A stretch of DNA of 64,000 nt from an uncultured delta proteobacterium (GCA_963810965.1 CAWEPT010000016.1:5051-69050), one strand, 5' to 3'; shown: positions 37,607 through 48,246, counted from the first letter of the stretch. A program made the numbers and translations. The notes: generated by a model not told the origin, from the letters alone.

Positions 37607-37999
37607 ATGATCAGCTATTTCACGAAGAAAAGAGGACAGAAGGGCTTCACGTTGATCGAGCTCATGATCGTTGTGGCCATCATCGGCATCCTGGCGGCCA
37701 TCGCCATCCCGCAGTTCACGGAGTACCGCAAGCGCGGCTTCCGGGCCGAGCTCAACGCGGACCTCAAGAACGCCTACACGGCGGCGCAGGCCTACTTCTC
37801 CGACTTCCCCACGGGTACTGTCGGCGCCCTGGCCAAGCTGACGGCCTCGGGCTATCAGAAGTCGCCCAACGTGGGCTTCGCATCCGGCGACATGACCGTT
37901 TCCACGGGCACCATCACGCTCTCGCACGCCTCGCTGCCAAGCGGCAAGACAACCGGCACGGTCACGAGCGGCGGCCTCATCACCATGCCCGCACAGTGA
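37607..37999 (+). CDS. pilA: type IV pilin (class III signal peptide, 117-aa mature protein, no Cys)
   Basis: [54 protein letters not shown]. Confidence 0.9.
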   Translation: MISYFTKKRGQKGFTLIELMIVVAIIGILAAIAIPQFTEYRKRGFRAELNADLKNAYTAAQAYFSDFPTGTVGALAKLTASGYQKSPNVGFASGDMTVSTGTITLSHASLPSGKTTGTVTSGGLITMPAQ

Positions 38000-38050
38000 G
38001 AAAGGGTTTGATGTAGATACGGGTTAACCATTCAACTCAACCGGACGGGG

Positions 38051-38091
38051 GCAGCGAGTCAATCGCTGCCCCCGGTTTTTTATCGGGAGAG
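38051..38091 (+). terminator. rho-independent terminator after pilA
   Basis: Stem GGGGGCAGCG / CGCTGCCCCC followed by GGTTTTTT. Confidence 0.8.
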
Positions 38092-38240
38092 CATTGATCT
38101 GACGCATCAAGGGCATTTCCCGGTGCCGGAAGCCCAAACGGCAAAGAAATTGCAAGGAATTACCCGGATCCTGAGGCCGGGGCTCGACTCGGCAAATCCG
38201 ACGGGAAGAATCCGCAGAAACTGGTGATGAAATCCAATGG

Positions 38241-40120
38241 TTGTGTCCCGTCTCAGCCTCGGCTGCCACAGACAATACCGTTACAGGGCAATCTCTAACC
38301 GGTTTGGTCCTGGTGGGCATGACGCTTCTGCTGTACTGGCCGGTGCAGCAGTTCGATTTCGTTGCCTTTGACGACACGGCTTACGTGACGGAAAACCGCA
38401 TCGTTCGGGGAGGCCTTACGGTCGGGGGGCTCCGCTGGGCCTTCTCGACCTTCGATGTGGCCAACTGGCACCCCCTCACCTGGCTTTCCCACATGCTCGA
38501 TGTGGAGCTCTACGGGCTCAATGCCGGCGGCCACCACTGGACGAGCGTCGCTGATTCACGCGGCCGGCGCCGCTGCTGCTGTTTGCCGCCCTGCTGGCCA
38601 TGACCGGCGCGATCTGGGCAAGCGCCTTCGCGGCCGCTCTTTTTGCCGTCCACCCCCTGCACGTGGAATCCGTTGCCTGGGTGGCCGAGAGAAAAGACGT
38701 CCTGAGCGGCTTTTTCTGGTTTCTCTGCCTTGGCAGCCTACGCGTCGCTACGTGAAGAAGCCCGCGATCGACACGGTACCTCGCCGTGCTCGTTCAGTTT
38801 CGCCCTGGGGCTGATGTCGAAACCCATGGCGGTCACGCTGCCCTTTGTATTGCTTCTGCTCGATTACTGGCCGCTGAGGCGTTTCGACTGTGCCGTGACG
38901 GCCTTCGACAGATTGTATGGTGCGCCTGACTCGGGAAAGGCTGCGTCCGCCCGGCGCCTGACCGTCGAGAAAATTCCCGCTGATTCGTTCTGTCCGCGGT
39001 CTCCTGTGCGATGACGCTTGTCGCCCAGGCCGGCGGCGGGGCGGTCATCGCCCTGGAACAGATCCCCCTCGAGGCGCGCCTTGCAAATGCCATCGTGTCC
39101 TATGTCGATTACCTGGGGAAGACCTTGTGGCCCGCGGGGCTCGTTATGTTCTACCCCCACTTCGGGGATGCCACCGGCGTGGAAGATTGCGTCCTGCGCT
39201 CTGATTCTTGCGGCCGTAACGGTTTTCGCGGTACGCGGTGCGCGCCGCTATCCCTATGTCCTGGTCGGGTGGCTCTGGTACCTGGGAACGCTCGCTCCTG
39301 TCATCGGGATCGTCCAGGTGGGATCCCAGTCCATGGCGGACCGGTACACCTATATCCCCCTGGCGGGGATTTTCATCGCCCTGGCCTGGGCCCTGCGGGA
39401 TCTGCGCCGGGAAAGGGCACGACTTGAAAAAGGCCCTCATCGTCGTGACGGCTGTTTCGCTCGTCGGGCTCACCGTCGCGGCAAGGGACGCAGGTCTGGA
39501 CCTGGCGTAACAGCGAAACACTTTTCGGAGCACGCGCTCCAGGTGATCGAGGCAAACCCCGTGGTCCACAACAATCTCGGGGTCACCTATCTGAACGCGG
39601 GCGATCACGACAAGGCTCTTGCCACACTTCCGCCGGGCCCTCGAACTGCGGCCCGGTTACGCGGACGCCCTGTTCAACCTCGGCCTCTGCGCATTCAAGG
39701 CGGGGGACCGTCAAGGGGCAACACGGTATTTCCAGGACGGCGTTGCAGGAGGATTCACGATCCGAGAAGGGCCCATGTCTACCTGGGCTTTATCCAGCTT
39801 GAGCAGCGACATGCCCGGGCCTGCGGCAGGACATTTCCAGGAAGCCCTGCGGATCAGCCCGGATCAGGAGGCGGCCCATCACCATCTGGCCGTTGCCCTG
39901 ATGCAGTTAGAGCGACTACGCTGCGGCCGAGCGGCACCTCCGGGAAACGCTGCGGCTCAACCCGCAAAACCCGGAAGCGCTCAATAATCTCGGGGTCACC
40001 CTCATGGCTCAGGGGAAATACGGCGAGGCCGTCGAGGTCTTGAAGACGGCCAATGACCTGGCGCCGGGACGCCCGATTGTGGAAAAGAATCTCAGGAATG
40101 CCCAGGCCGGCAGACTTTAG
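38241..40120 (+). pseudogene. GT-C fold protein O-mannosyltransferase-like membrane domain (PMT_2/DUF1736 type) fused to C-terminal TPR repeats (TMTC-like); about 15 frame changes
   Basis: [125 protein letters not shown]. TPRs include HNNLGVTYLNAGDHDKAL, FRRALELRPGYADALFNLG and NPEALNNLGVTLMAQGKYGEAVEVL. The pieces rotate through all three frames. Confidence 0.65.
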
Positions 40121-40128
40121 GTGGAACC

Positions 40129-41869
40129 ATGGTTGACGACAGCACGGCAAAGCATCGAATGCCACCCGCGCAGGATTTCACCCGAGCCCCGCGGCGGCGC
40201 GGATTCTCTGTCTGGGTGATGATGTCCGTCCTGGCGGGGATTCTCGTCATCGAGGTGCTCCTCTGCCTGATGCCGCCCGTCTCGCGCGATGCGCTCATCC
40301 ACCATCTTGCCATCCCGAAGCTCTGGATCCGCCACGGGGGATTCTTCGAGACGCCCTGGACCGATGTTCAGCTACTTCCCGATGAACGTCGACCTGCTGT
40401 ACCTCGTCCCGCTCCTGTTCGGCAACGATCGGGTGCCTGCGTTCATCCACCTTCTCTTCGGATGGGGGACGGGATATCTCGTTTACCGATATCTGAAGGA
40501 TCAGGCGGGAAAGGTCTGGGGGCTGCTCGGCCTGCTGGTCTTCGTCAGCACCCCGATGGTCATCCGTTTATCCATCACCGCATACGTGGATCTGGGGATG
40601 ATCTTTTTCACGACGGCCAGCGTCCTGTCCTATCTGCGGTGGCGGGACGGCGGCTATGAAGACGTGAAATGGCTCCTTCTTGCGGCCGTCTGCATGGGGC
40701 TGGCCGCAGGCACAAAATACAACGCCCTCATCTCCTGGCTCTTCCTCGGCGGGGCGGTCTGTTTTCTCTATGCAAGGGATACGGGAAAACAGCTGCAGGC
40801 CATCCGATGGGGCTTGATCTTTTTCCTGGTTGCCCTTGCCGTGGTCTCGCCCTGGCTTGTGAAAAACCTCATCCTGAAGGGAAACCCGATCTATCCCCTC
40901 ATGGACAACGTGTTCTCGTTTATTCATGGCGGCCGCGAAACCGCTGCATTCCTTGCGGCGGGCGAGGCGGAGAGAGGGGGGGCTACAGTCTCCTCAGGAA
41001 CAGGACGCTCCTGTACGGGGAAGAGATCTGGCAAATCCTGCTTTTGCCTCTCCGGATCTTTTTCGAGGGCCGGGATCACTCCCCGCAGCATTTCGACGGT
41101 GTCCTGAACCCGCTGTTTGCGCTGGCGATCCCCTTTGCATTCGTCGGGAGCCGAAAGGGCCACCGGTTCTTTTTTTTCCTGTTCATCGTTTTCGTTTTCC
41201 TCGTGTCGATTCTCATGGCGGACGTGCGCATCCGCTATATCCTGCCGATCCTGCCGTTCATGACGATCCTCGCCGTCATGGGGATCCGAAACGGCACCGA
41301 GTGGCTGGCGAGCCGCAGGCAGAGCGCCCTGAGGCTGGCAGGTCGGGCGGTTCCTTTCGCCGTTGCCCTGCTGCATTGCCGCAAACCTCTTCTACCTGGG
41401 AAATCAATTCACGGCCATCCGGCCCCTGCCTTACATTCTCGGCGAGGAGTCGCAGGATGAGTTCCTTCCGGCAAGTCGGCAGCCTTCCCGCAGGTCGGCA
41501 GCTACCCGGCCATGTCTTTATCAATCGAGAGCTGCCGGGCGATGCCGTTGTCTATCTTCTGTATCTGAGCGGGCGGGGATATTACCTGGACCGGGACTAC
41601 ATCCACCATGTCGGCCTGGAGACGGCCATCGTGAAGGCCATGGTGCGATCGTCGACGGATGCGGCGAACGCTTGCGTGCCTTCCTGAGATCCCTGGGGGG
41701 CACCTACATTCTGGTGCGGGAAGAGCTGCTGATGAAGGCGCTCGAGGACAACTTCCCGGAGGAAACCGTCCGGAGCGTTCGGGAAAAGCTTGCAGATTGC
41801 CTCACGAAGGTTTATGAATCGAATGGTCACGCCGTCTACGAGATCCGAGGAACGTTGGTGACAAGTTGA
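40129..41869 (+). pseudogene. GT-C fold glycosyltransferase (family 39 / ArnT-PMT_2-like), about five frame changes
   Basis: VSRDALIHHLAIPKLW, YFPMNVDLLYLVPLLFGNDRVPAFIHLLFGWGTGYLVYRYL, LAAGTKYNALISWLF, LLYGEEIWQILLLPLRIFFEG. Multiple TM segments spread over ORFs 40129.., 40289.., 40669.., 41363.. and 40926... Confidence 0.6.
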
Positions 41870-41944
41870 CAATGCTCAGCTGAGCGACTCTCCCGATAGC
41901 GTTAGTACCTTCGTCACAACGTCCCCGATCAGTCAGAGGAAAGC

Positions 41945-42709
41945 ATGTTTGCAGGGAAAAAAGTCGTCGTCGTCATGCCCGCCTACAATGCGGCGCAGAC
42001 CCTCATGAAGACCTTCGAGGAGGTCATGGCCCAGGGCGTCGTCGACAGGGTGATCATCGTCGATGACGCGAGTCACGACGAGACCGCGGCGCTGGCGCGA
42101 ACCCTTCCGGGCGTGAAAGTCCACCGGCACCCCGAAAACAGGGGCTACGGGGCTAACCAGAAGACCTGCTACCGGATGGCCCTGGAAGAGGGCGCCGATA
42201 TCGTCATCATGGTCCACCCCGATTACCAGTACACGCCCAAGCTCATCCCGGCCATGGCATCGCTCATCGGCAACGGGCTTTACGAGTGTGTCCTGGGCTC
42301 CCGCATCCTGGGGGGCCATGCCCTTCGCGGCGGCATGCCTCTGTGGCGGTACGCAGCCAACCGGTTCCTGACGCTCTTCGAGAATTTCCTTACGGGCGGC
42401 AAGCTCTCCGAGTATCACACGGGCTACCGGGCCTTTTCCAGAAAGGTTTTGGAAGAGCTTCCGCTGGAGGGGAACTCCGACGATTTCATCTTCGACAATC
42501 AAATGCTTCTCCAGGTGCTCTGGTACGACCACCCGATTGCCGAGATCAGCTGTCCCACGCGGTATTACGCCGACTCTTCATCCATCAATTTCCGTCGCAG
42601 CGTCCGCTACGGCCTCGGGTGCCTCGCGACGGCCCTCCTCTTCCGGCTTTCCCGTCTCGGCATGGCAAGGACTTCTCTCTTCCCGGGCAGCCGGGTCACG
42701 ACGCGGTGA
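41945..42709 (+). CDS. GT2 glycosyltransferase, polyprenol-phosphate sugar synthase-like (Dpm1/GtrB type)
   Basis: KVVVVMPAYNAAQTL, VIIVDDASHDETA, ADIVIMVHPDYQYTP, GYRAFSRKVLEEL. Confidence 0.8.
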   Translation: MFAGKKVVVVMPAYNAAQTLMKTFEEVMAQGVVDRVIIVDDASHDETAALARTLPGVKVHRHPENRGYGANQKTCYRMALEEGADIVIMVHPDYQYTPKLIPAMASLIGNGLYECVLGSRILGGHALRGGMPLWRYAANRFLTLFENFLTGGKLSEYHTGYRAFSRKVLEELPLEGNSDDFIFDNQMLLQVLWYDHPIAEISCPTRYYADSSSINFRRSVRYGLGCLATALLFRLSRLGMARTSLFPGSRVTTR

Positions 42710-42723
42710 AGGAGGGATCTCGC

Positions 42724-43507
42724 GTGGCGCAGGGATCGGACAATCGTTTCGATGATTTTTTCGTAGAGCCGGCTTACCTCTCTCTGAAGAACCACCTCTA
42801 CAACTACCAGGTCCGGAAGCGAGCCGTCCGGGAGCGACTCCTGCGGCCAGGGTGAAGGGATGACGCTGGAGGTGGGAAGCGGCATCTCGCCGATCTCGCC
42901 CGCTACAGACCGGACGGTGTTTACGGAGCTTTCCTTTTCGGCGCTGCGGTGCCTGAAGGCAGGGCAGGGCGCAGGCCACTACGTCGTTGCCGATGCAACG
43001 AGGCTGCCTTTCAAAAAAGGGGTTTTTCGCAGTGCCGTCTGTTCCGAGGTCCTCGAGCACATCGAAGATGACCTCGGGGCCGTAGGCCAGATGGCGTCCG
43101 TCCTGGAAGAGGGCGGCCGTCTTATCGTGACCTTCCCGCACCGCAGGGATTTTTTCGCCGTCGATGACCGCTTCGTGGGGCATCACCGCCGCTACGAGCT
43201 GCCGGAGATGATCGGCCTGCTGGAGAAATCGGGCCTGCGGAGCCTGTCCGTCTGCAACGTCCTGGGACCCCTCGAAAAACTCACCATGTGGGCCACGGCA
43301 GCCTTCCTCACGACCTGTTCCTTCACCGGAAGCTCTTCCCCGGCGGCGGGCAGGGGATTTCGCCCCCCGGCAGGGCTCGTAAAAGCCTTTGAGCTGATCA
43401 ATCGCCTCTACGCAGGGCTTGCCCGGATCGATGCTCGCGTTGTGCCGACACGCCTCGCCATGGTCCTGCTGGTTGTGGCTGAAAAGCAGCGGGCGCCCGG
43501 CGGCTGA
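42724..43507 (+). CDS. class I SAM-dependent methyltransferase, one frame change near 42850
   Basis: GAAGGAGGGA RBS then GTG at 42724. Motif I LEVGSGISP. ADATRLPFKKGVFRSAVCSEVLEHIEDD. Confidence 0.65.
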
Positions 43508-43609
43508 TCCGTCGACGTCAAAAAAATCTTTGCCTGCCTTCTCTCTTTGCGATAAGACGAACTGCAGGGCAACCGCCCGGGGGGCGAGTTGCACCGGACA
43601 GGAGCGCAA

Positions 43610-44515
43610 ATGCCGGCAGCCATCCGGGAACATTCACTGGTCGATGAGTACCTCAATTTTCTTGCCGTCGAGAGAGGGGCTTCGCTCAACACCCTGGATG
43701 CATACAGCCGCGACATCCACCAGTTTCTGGACTTCGCGACAGCCGGCGGCGTTTCGTCGCCGCTCGCGGTGAAGCCCGGAAACGTGACGGCATTTCTTGG
43801 GGAGCTTCGTGATCAGGGCCTCTCCTCGACGTCCATGAACCGGAAGCTGGCCGCGATCCGGGGGTTCTACAAGTATCTCCTTCGCGAGGCGCGGCTGGAG
43901 GAAAATCCCCTGGCCCGGGTGCAGATTGCCCGCACCTGGATGCGGCTTCCCGGCACGCTCAGCCGTGAAGAGATGGAGACCCTCCTCGGTCAGCCCGCCG
44001 ACGCGACCCCGGCGGGCATCCGGGACCGGGCGATCCTGGAGCTTCTCTATGCCACGGGGATACGGGTCTCGGAGCTGGCAACGCTCACCCTCAACCGCGT
44101 GAACCGGCAGATGGGGTTTCTGGTCACGGTGGGAAAGGGGCGCAAGGAGCGGATCGTGCCCGTAGGCCGCTCTGCCCTGCAGTGGCTCGGGCGCTATGTC
44201 GAGCAGGCCCGGCCCGTATTCCTGAAAAAGAGGACGTCAAGCGTTCTTTTCCTGAACCGCTCCGGCGAGGGATTCACCCGGCAGGGGCTATGGAAACTGA
44301 TCAAGAAATATGCGAGAATGGCGAATCTTGAGCGGAAGGTCCACCCGCACACCTTCAGGCATTCCTTTGCCACACATCTGCTGGAGGGGGGCGCGGACCT
44401 TCGCTCGGTCCAGGTCATGCTGGGTCATGCGGACATTTCGACGACACAGATTTATACCCACGTGACGCGGGACAGGCTGAAGGAGATACACAGGAAGTTT
44501 CATCCCAGGGGGTGA
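43610..44515 (+). CDS. xerD: tyrosine recombinase XerD
   Basis: EYLNFLAVERGASLNTLDAYSRDIHQF. Catalytic region ATGIRVSEL...HPHTFRHSFATHLLEGGADLRSVQVMLGHADISTTQIYTH. Confidence 0.85.
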   Translation: MPAAIREHSLVDEYLNFLAVERGASLNTLDAYSRDIHQFLDFATAGGVSSPLAVKPGNVTAFLGELRDQGLSSTSMNRKLAAIRGFYKYLLREARLEENPLARVQIARTWMRLPGTLSREEMETLLGQPADATPAGIRDRAILELLYATGIRVSELATLTLNRVNRQMGFLVTVGKGRKERIVPVGRSALQWLGRYVEQARPVFLKKRTSSVLFLNRSGEGFTRQGLWKLIKKYARMANLERKVHPHTFRHSFATHLLEGGADLRSVQVMLGHADISTTQIYTHVTRDRLKEIHRKFHPRG

Positions 44516-44517
44516 AA

Positions 44518-44627
44518 CGGGACTGAGGCTACGAGGCTCAAGGATCGAGGAAGAAAAGAACAAACTAAGATTCCAGCTCAAAAAGGATTGGAGACCGAGA
44601 ATCGAGGAATACAGGGTAAAGGGTAAA
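44518..44627 (+). repeat. purine-rich degenerate GAGGNT / GGGTAAA arrays in the xerD 3' spacer
   Basis: GGGACTGAGGCTACGAGGCTCAAGGATCGAGGAAG ... GGAGACCGAGAATCGAGGAATACAGGGTAAAGGGTAAAC. Confidence 0.75.
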
Positions 44628-44638
44628 CAAAAAACCAC

Positions 44639-46652
44639 ATGGATTATTACAAGAAGGAAGAACGGAGGGAGCAGAAAAAGCAAAAAGGGAGGATGGGGCG
44701 CCATCTCACCCTTCTCATCGGGGCCCTGGCGGGAGTCGCCGTCATCGTCGGGGCGGGTCTGCTGATTGCCTTCTACGGGGAGATCTTTTCTCTCAAGGGC
44801 TTGAAGGGGCTCGTCCGGGTCAGCATCCTGGGCAAGACGCCGGAGTTCCATTACCTCATCATCGAGAGAAACGGGACCGACGAGCGCCTCACGGCCAGCG
44901 ACGTCTTCAAGATCACCTACCGCGACGAATTCATCATCAAGCAGGTTTCCACGGATTCCCTCTTCGAAAAGAACATCACCGTCGACGCGGAGGGTCTCGG
45001 CGGGGCAAACGACCTCAAGGTCCTTCTCAAGGCCGTGGAACTCGTGGACAAGGCGATGAGCACTTCCGTGCGAGAGGCCCTGCGCGGCAAGCCCCTTCCG
45101 GATTCCGCCATCAAGATCCGATACGGCGAGCAGGGTATCGGGAGCGTTGCGGTCCGAATCGAACTGACCGCACAGGATTGGCTGCGCTTCGCGAAGATGC
45201 CTGCGAATGCGAAATGGCAGGCGCAGGCCCTCGAAAAGGCCCTCAGCATAAACCCCGATGACACGGCCCTGCGGAAAACGCTGGCCGAGCAGTACCTCGA
45301 GTCCGGGAAGCTCGATCAGGCCATCGCCCAGTACCGGGCGGTCCTTTCCCGGAAGCCCGATGACATGACGGCTCTTGCCGGGCTTTCCCGCTGCTATGTC
45401 GAGAAGAAGGATTACAACAGGGCCCTGCCGCTCACGAAGCGCCTCACCGAGCTCAACCCGAAGGATGCGGGCGCCCATGCCATCGCCGGGTTCCTGTACG
45501 GCAAGATGGGCAAGTGGAATGAAGCCGTCACCCACTATCAGACGTCGCTGAGGCTCAAGCCCGACGAGGCCATGGTCCATTTCAGTCTGGGCGGGGCCTA
45601 CGAGAAGACGGGAAAGCTTGCACCGGCCATCAAGGAGTATGAAGAGGCACATAGGCGGATGCCCAACGACCAGCGGATCGCCCAGGCGTTGGCAGACGCC
45701 TACAGCAAGGCCGGCAAGCAGCAGGAAGCCGCGCGTCTCTATTCGATGCTTTTGAAGAAAAATCCAAAGGACCCGAACGCCTACGCCAGCATCGCCCAGG
45801 CCCACGGCAAGAAGGGGCAGGTGAAAGAGGAGATCGAGAATTACAAAAAGGCCCTGGTGCTTCAGCCGAAAGACCCCATCCTCCACTACAACCTGGGGGT
45901 GGCCTACGACAAGGCGAAGCGTCACAAGGAAGCCCTTGCCGAGTACGAGAAAACACTGCAGCTCAAGCCCGACGACACGGATGCGGCGGCGAGAGTCGCG
46001 GAATATTATTTCCGCGAGAAGCGTTACAAGGAGGCTGTCGTTGCCCTCAACCGGATCAAAAAGGCGGCCCCGAAGAACCCCCGGGTTTACGCAGACCTGG
46101 GTGTTGCCTACGGGGAACTGAAGCAATATCCCGAGGCGGAGGAGAACTACAAGAAGGCCCTCCAGATGGGCCTCAATGACCCCAACATCCAAGTCAACCT
46201 TGCCGCCATCTATGAGAAACAGGGCCGCTCGAAGGAAGCGGCGAAGGCCGTCGAGAAGGGGGGGAAATCGGGAAAGGCCTCAGACGGAGGCCCTGGAGCG
46301 AATGGGCGCTCAGCAGATGAAGGCGAAAAACTACGACGGGGCTCTCAAGACGTACCGACAGCTGGCCGCCGCCGACCCCAAGCGGGGGATGGCCTATGCC
46401 AACATGGGCTACATCCACAGCCTCAAGGGGCAGACGGACAAGGCCATCGAGAACTTCAAGCTGGCCGTCCGGTATGACAAGGAGGATGAGGGCGCCTGGC
46501 TGGGACTGGGCGAGGCCTACGAGAAAAAAAAGATGTACAGGGAGGCCATCGAAGCGTATAAGGCCGCCTATCAGATCAACCCCGAGTCGAAGGCCGCGGA
46601 GAAGATCCCGCAGCTGAGGATCAGGATGCTCGAGGACAAGCACAGGGACTAG
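44639..46652 (+). CDS. membrane-anchored TPR repeat protein, one frame change near 46260
   Basis: N-terminal TM LTLLIGALAGVAVIVGAGLLIAF, a ~170-aa unassigned domain, then more than 10 TPRs (e.g. AHAIAGFLYGKMGKWNEAVTHYQTSLRLKPDEA). The tail lies in ORF 46176..46652. Confidence 0.7.
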
Positions 46653-46752
46653 AGGTACAGGGTAATGAGGGTAACGAAGGTAAGAAGAATGCAGGACAAA
46701 TCTTCGAATTTCTTTCTCAACCTCTGTAACTTCTCACCTTCTCAACCTCGAA
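46651..46752. repeat. G-rich array then GAGAAGT-complement array
   Basis: TAGAGGTACAGGGTAATGAGGGTAACGAAGGTAAGAAG ... TTCTCAACCTCTGTAACTTCTCACCTTCTCAACCTCG. Confidence 0.75.
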
Positions 46753-46799
46753 TTGCGAAATAAGGTAAGAAGGAAAGTGACTGCACATGCGCAAGGTAA

Positions 46800-47621
46800 A
46801 TGTTGGCGGACATCAAGATCGGTGGCGGGGAGCCTTTTGTGCTCATTGCCGGGCCCTGCGTCATCGAGAGTGAGAAGCTTGCACGCAAGGTGGCCGCGAG
46901 CCTGAAGGAGCTCACGGCGGAACTGGGGATCCCCTTCATCTTCAAGTCCTCCTACGACAAGGCCAACCGAACCTCCGTCCGGTCCTTCCGGGGCCCTGGC
47001 CTCGAGAAAGGACTGAAGATCCTGAAGGGGATCCGGGAGGAATTCGGCATCCCCGTGCTTTCCGACGTTCATCGCTTCGAGGAGATCGAGAAGGCCTCCG
47101 AGGTTCTGGATGTGGCCCAGATTCCCGCGTTTCTGTGCCGCCAGACCGATTTTGTCCTGGAACTGGCCCGGCACGCGAAGGTCGTAAACATCAAGAAAGG
47201 CCAGTTCCTCGCGCCCTGGGACGTGGAGAACGTCGTGCAGAAGGTGCGGTCCGCAGGCAACCGCAACATCCTCATCACCGAGCGGGGGGCCAGCTTCGGG
47301 TACAACAACCTCGTCTCCGACATGCGGTCGATTCCGATCCTGCGGAGGATGGGCTACCCCGTCGTATTTGACGCCACCCACAGCGTGCAGCTACCCGGCG
47401 GGGCAGGCGAGGCCTCGGGCGGGGAGCGCGCCATGGCCGTCTATCTGGCCCGGGCAGCCGCGGCGGTCGGCGTCGACGCGCTGTTCATGGAGGTCCACCC
47501 GGACCCGGACCGGGCGCTCTGTGACGGGCCGAACACGATGGCGCTCGACTCGCTGAGGGAGCTGCTCACGACGCTCAAGGGGATCGACGGACTGGTAAAA
47601 AAAACCATGAAGAAGGGTTGA
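46800..47621 (+). CDS. kdsA: 3-deoxy-8-phosphooctulonate synthase
   Basis: FVLIAGPCVIES...IFKSSYDKANRTS...DVHRFEE...FLCRQTD...VVFDATHSVQLPGG. Confidence 0.9.
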   Translation: MLADIKIGGGEPFVLIAGPCVIESEKLARKVAASLKELTAELGIPFIFKSSYDKANRTSVRSFRGPGLEKGLKILKGIREEFGIPVLSDVHRFEEIEKASEVLDVAQIPAFLCRQTDFVLELARHAKVVNIKKGQFLAPWDVENVVQKVRSAGNRNILITERGASFGYNNLVSDMRSIPILRRMGYPVVFDATHSVQLPGGAGEASGGERAMAVYLARAAAAVGVDALFMEVHPDPDRALCDGPNTMALDSLRELLTTLKGIDGLVKKTMKKG

Positions 47622-47623
47622 GG

Positions 47624-48199
47624 ATGGGACTCGAGGGAAAGACAGGGGCAGACTTGCACGGAGCGGACCTGCACGGAGCAGACCTGATCGAGAAGATCCG
47701 GAAGGTAAAGGTCCTCATTCTCGACGTGGACGGGGTGCTCACCGACGGCCGGATCATCATCAGTGACGATGGGCAGGAGACCAAGTGTTTCAACGTCCGC
47801 GACGGGCACGGCCTCAAGCTGATCCAGCGAGCCGGGATCGAGGTGATCTTCCTCACGGGCCGCAAATCCCGGGTTGTGGAGCACCGTGCCCGCGAACTCG
47901 GAATCAAAAAGATATACCAGGGCGCCCTGGACAAGCTGTCCGTTTTCAACGAAATCCTGGCTGCGGATGGGCTCGTCCCCGAACAGGTTGCCTATGCGGG
48001 AGACGACATCGTCGATCTGCCCGTGCTCAGCCGCGTCGGTTTCTCCATCACCGTGAGCGATGCCCACGACGAGGTCCTGAGGGCCGTGGATCTCGTGACG
48101 AAAAACCCGGGGGGCCGGGGCGCCATCCGGGAAGTCTGCGAGATGATCCTCAAGACCCAGGGGAAATGGGAAGAATTGATGGGCCGGTACCGGGCCTGA
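47624..48199 (+). CDS. kdsC: KDO 8-phosphate phosphatase (HAD-IIIA)
   Basis: ILDVDGVLTDGRI...FNVRDGHGLK...AYAGDDIVDLPV. The N-terminal extension contains GADLHGADLHGADL. Confidence 0.85.
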   Translation: MGLEGKTGADLHGADLHGADLIEKIRKVKVLILDVDGVLTDGRIIISDDGQETKCFNVRDGHGLKLIQRAGIEVIFLTGRKSRVVEHRARELGIKKIYQGALDKLSVFNEILAADGLVPEQVAYAGDDIVDLPVLSRVGFSITVSDAHDEVLRAVDLVTKNPGGRGAIREVCEMILKTQGKWEELMGRYRA

Positions 48200-48246
48200 T
48201 GGAGGCGGGATGCGCCCTGTTTTTGGCTTTACAACTCTGACACCGG

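Larger units (their letters stand above)
36938..38091 (+). repeat. tandem direct duplication of the pilin unit (leader, gene, terminator), period 576 bp
   Basis: CAGTTCGGTCT starts both units (36938 and 37514). The units align through the gene. The copy 1 terminator is degenerate. Confidence 0.8.

Noticed and set aside
43610-44515. Could the tyrosine recombinase mark an integrated mobile element next to the glycosylation genes?
   Set aside because: The sequence is a typical chromosomal XerD (dimer resolution). No flanking direct repeats, tRNA target, phage or transposase genes are visible, and the neighbouring genes are housekeeping.
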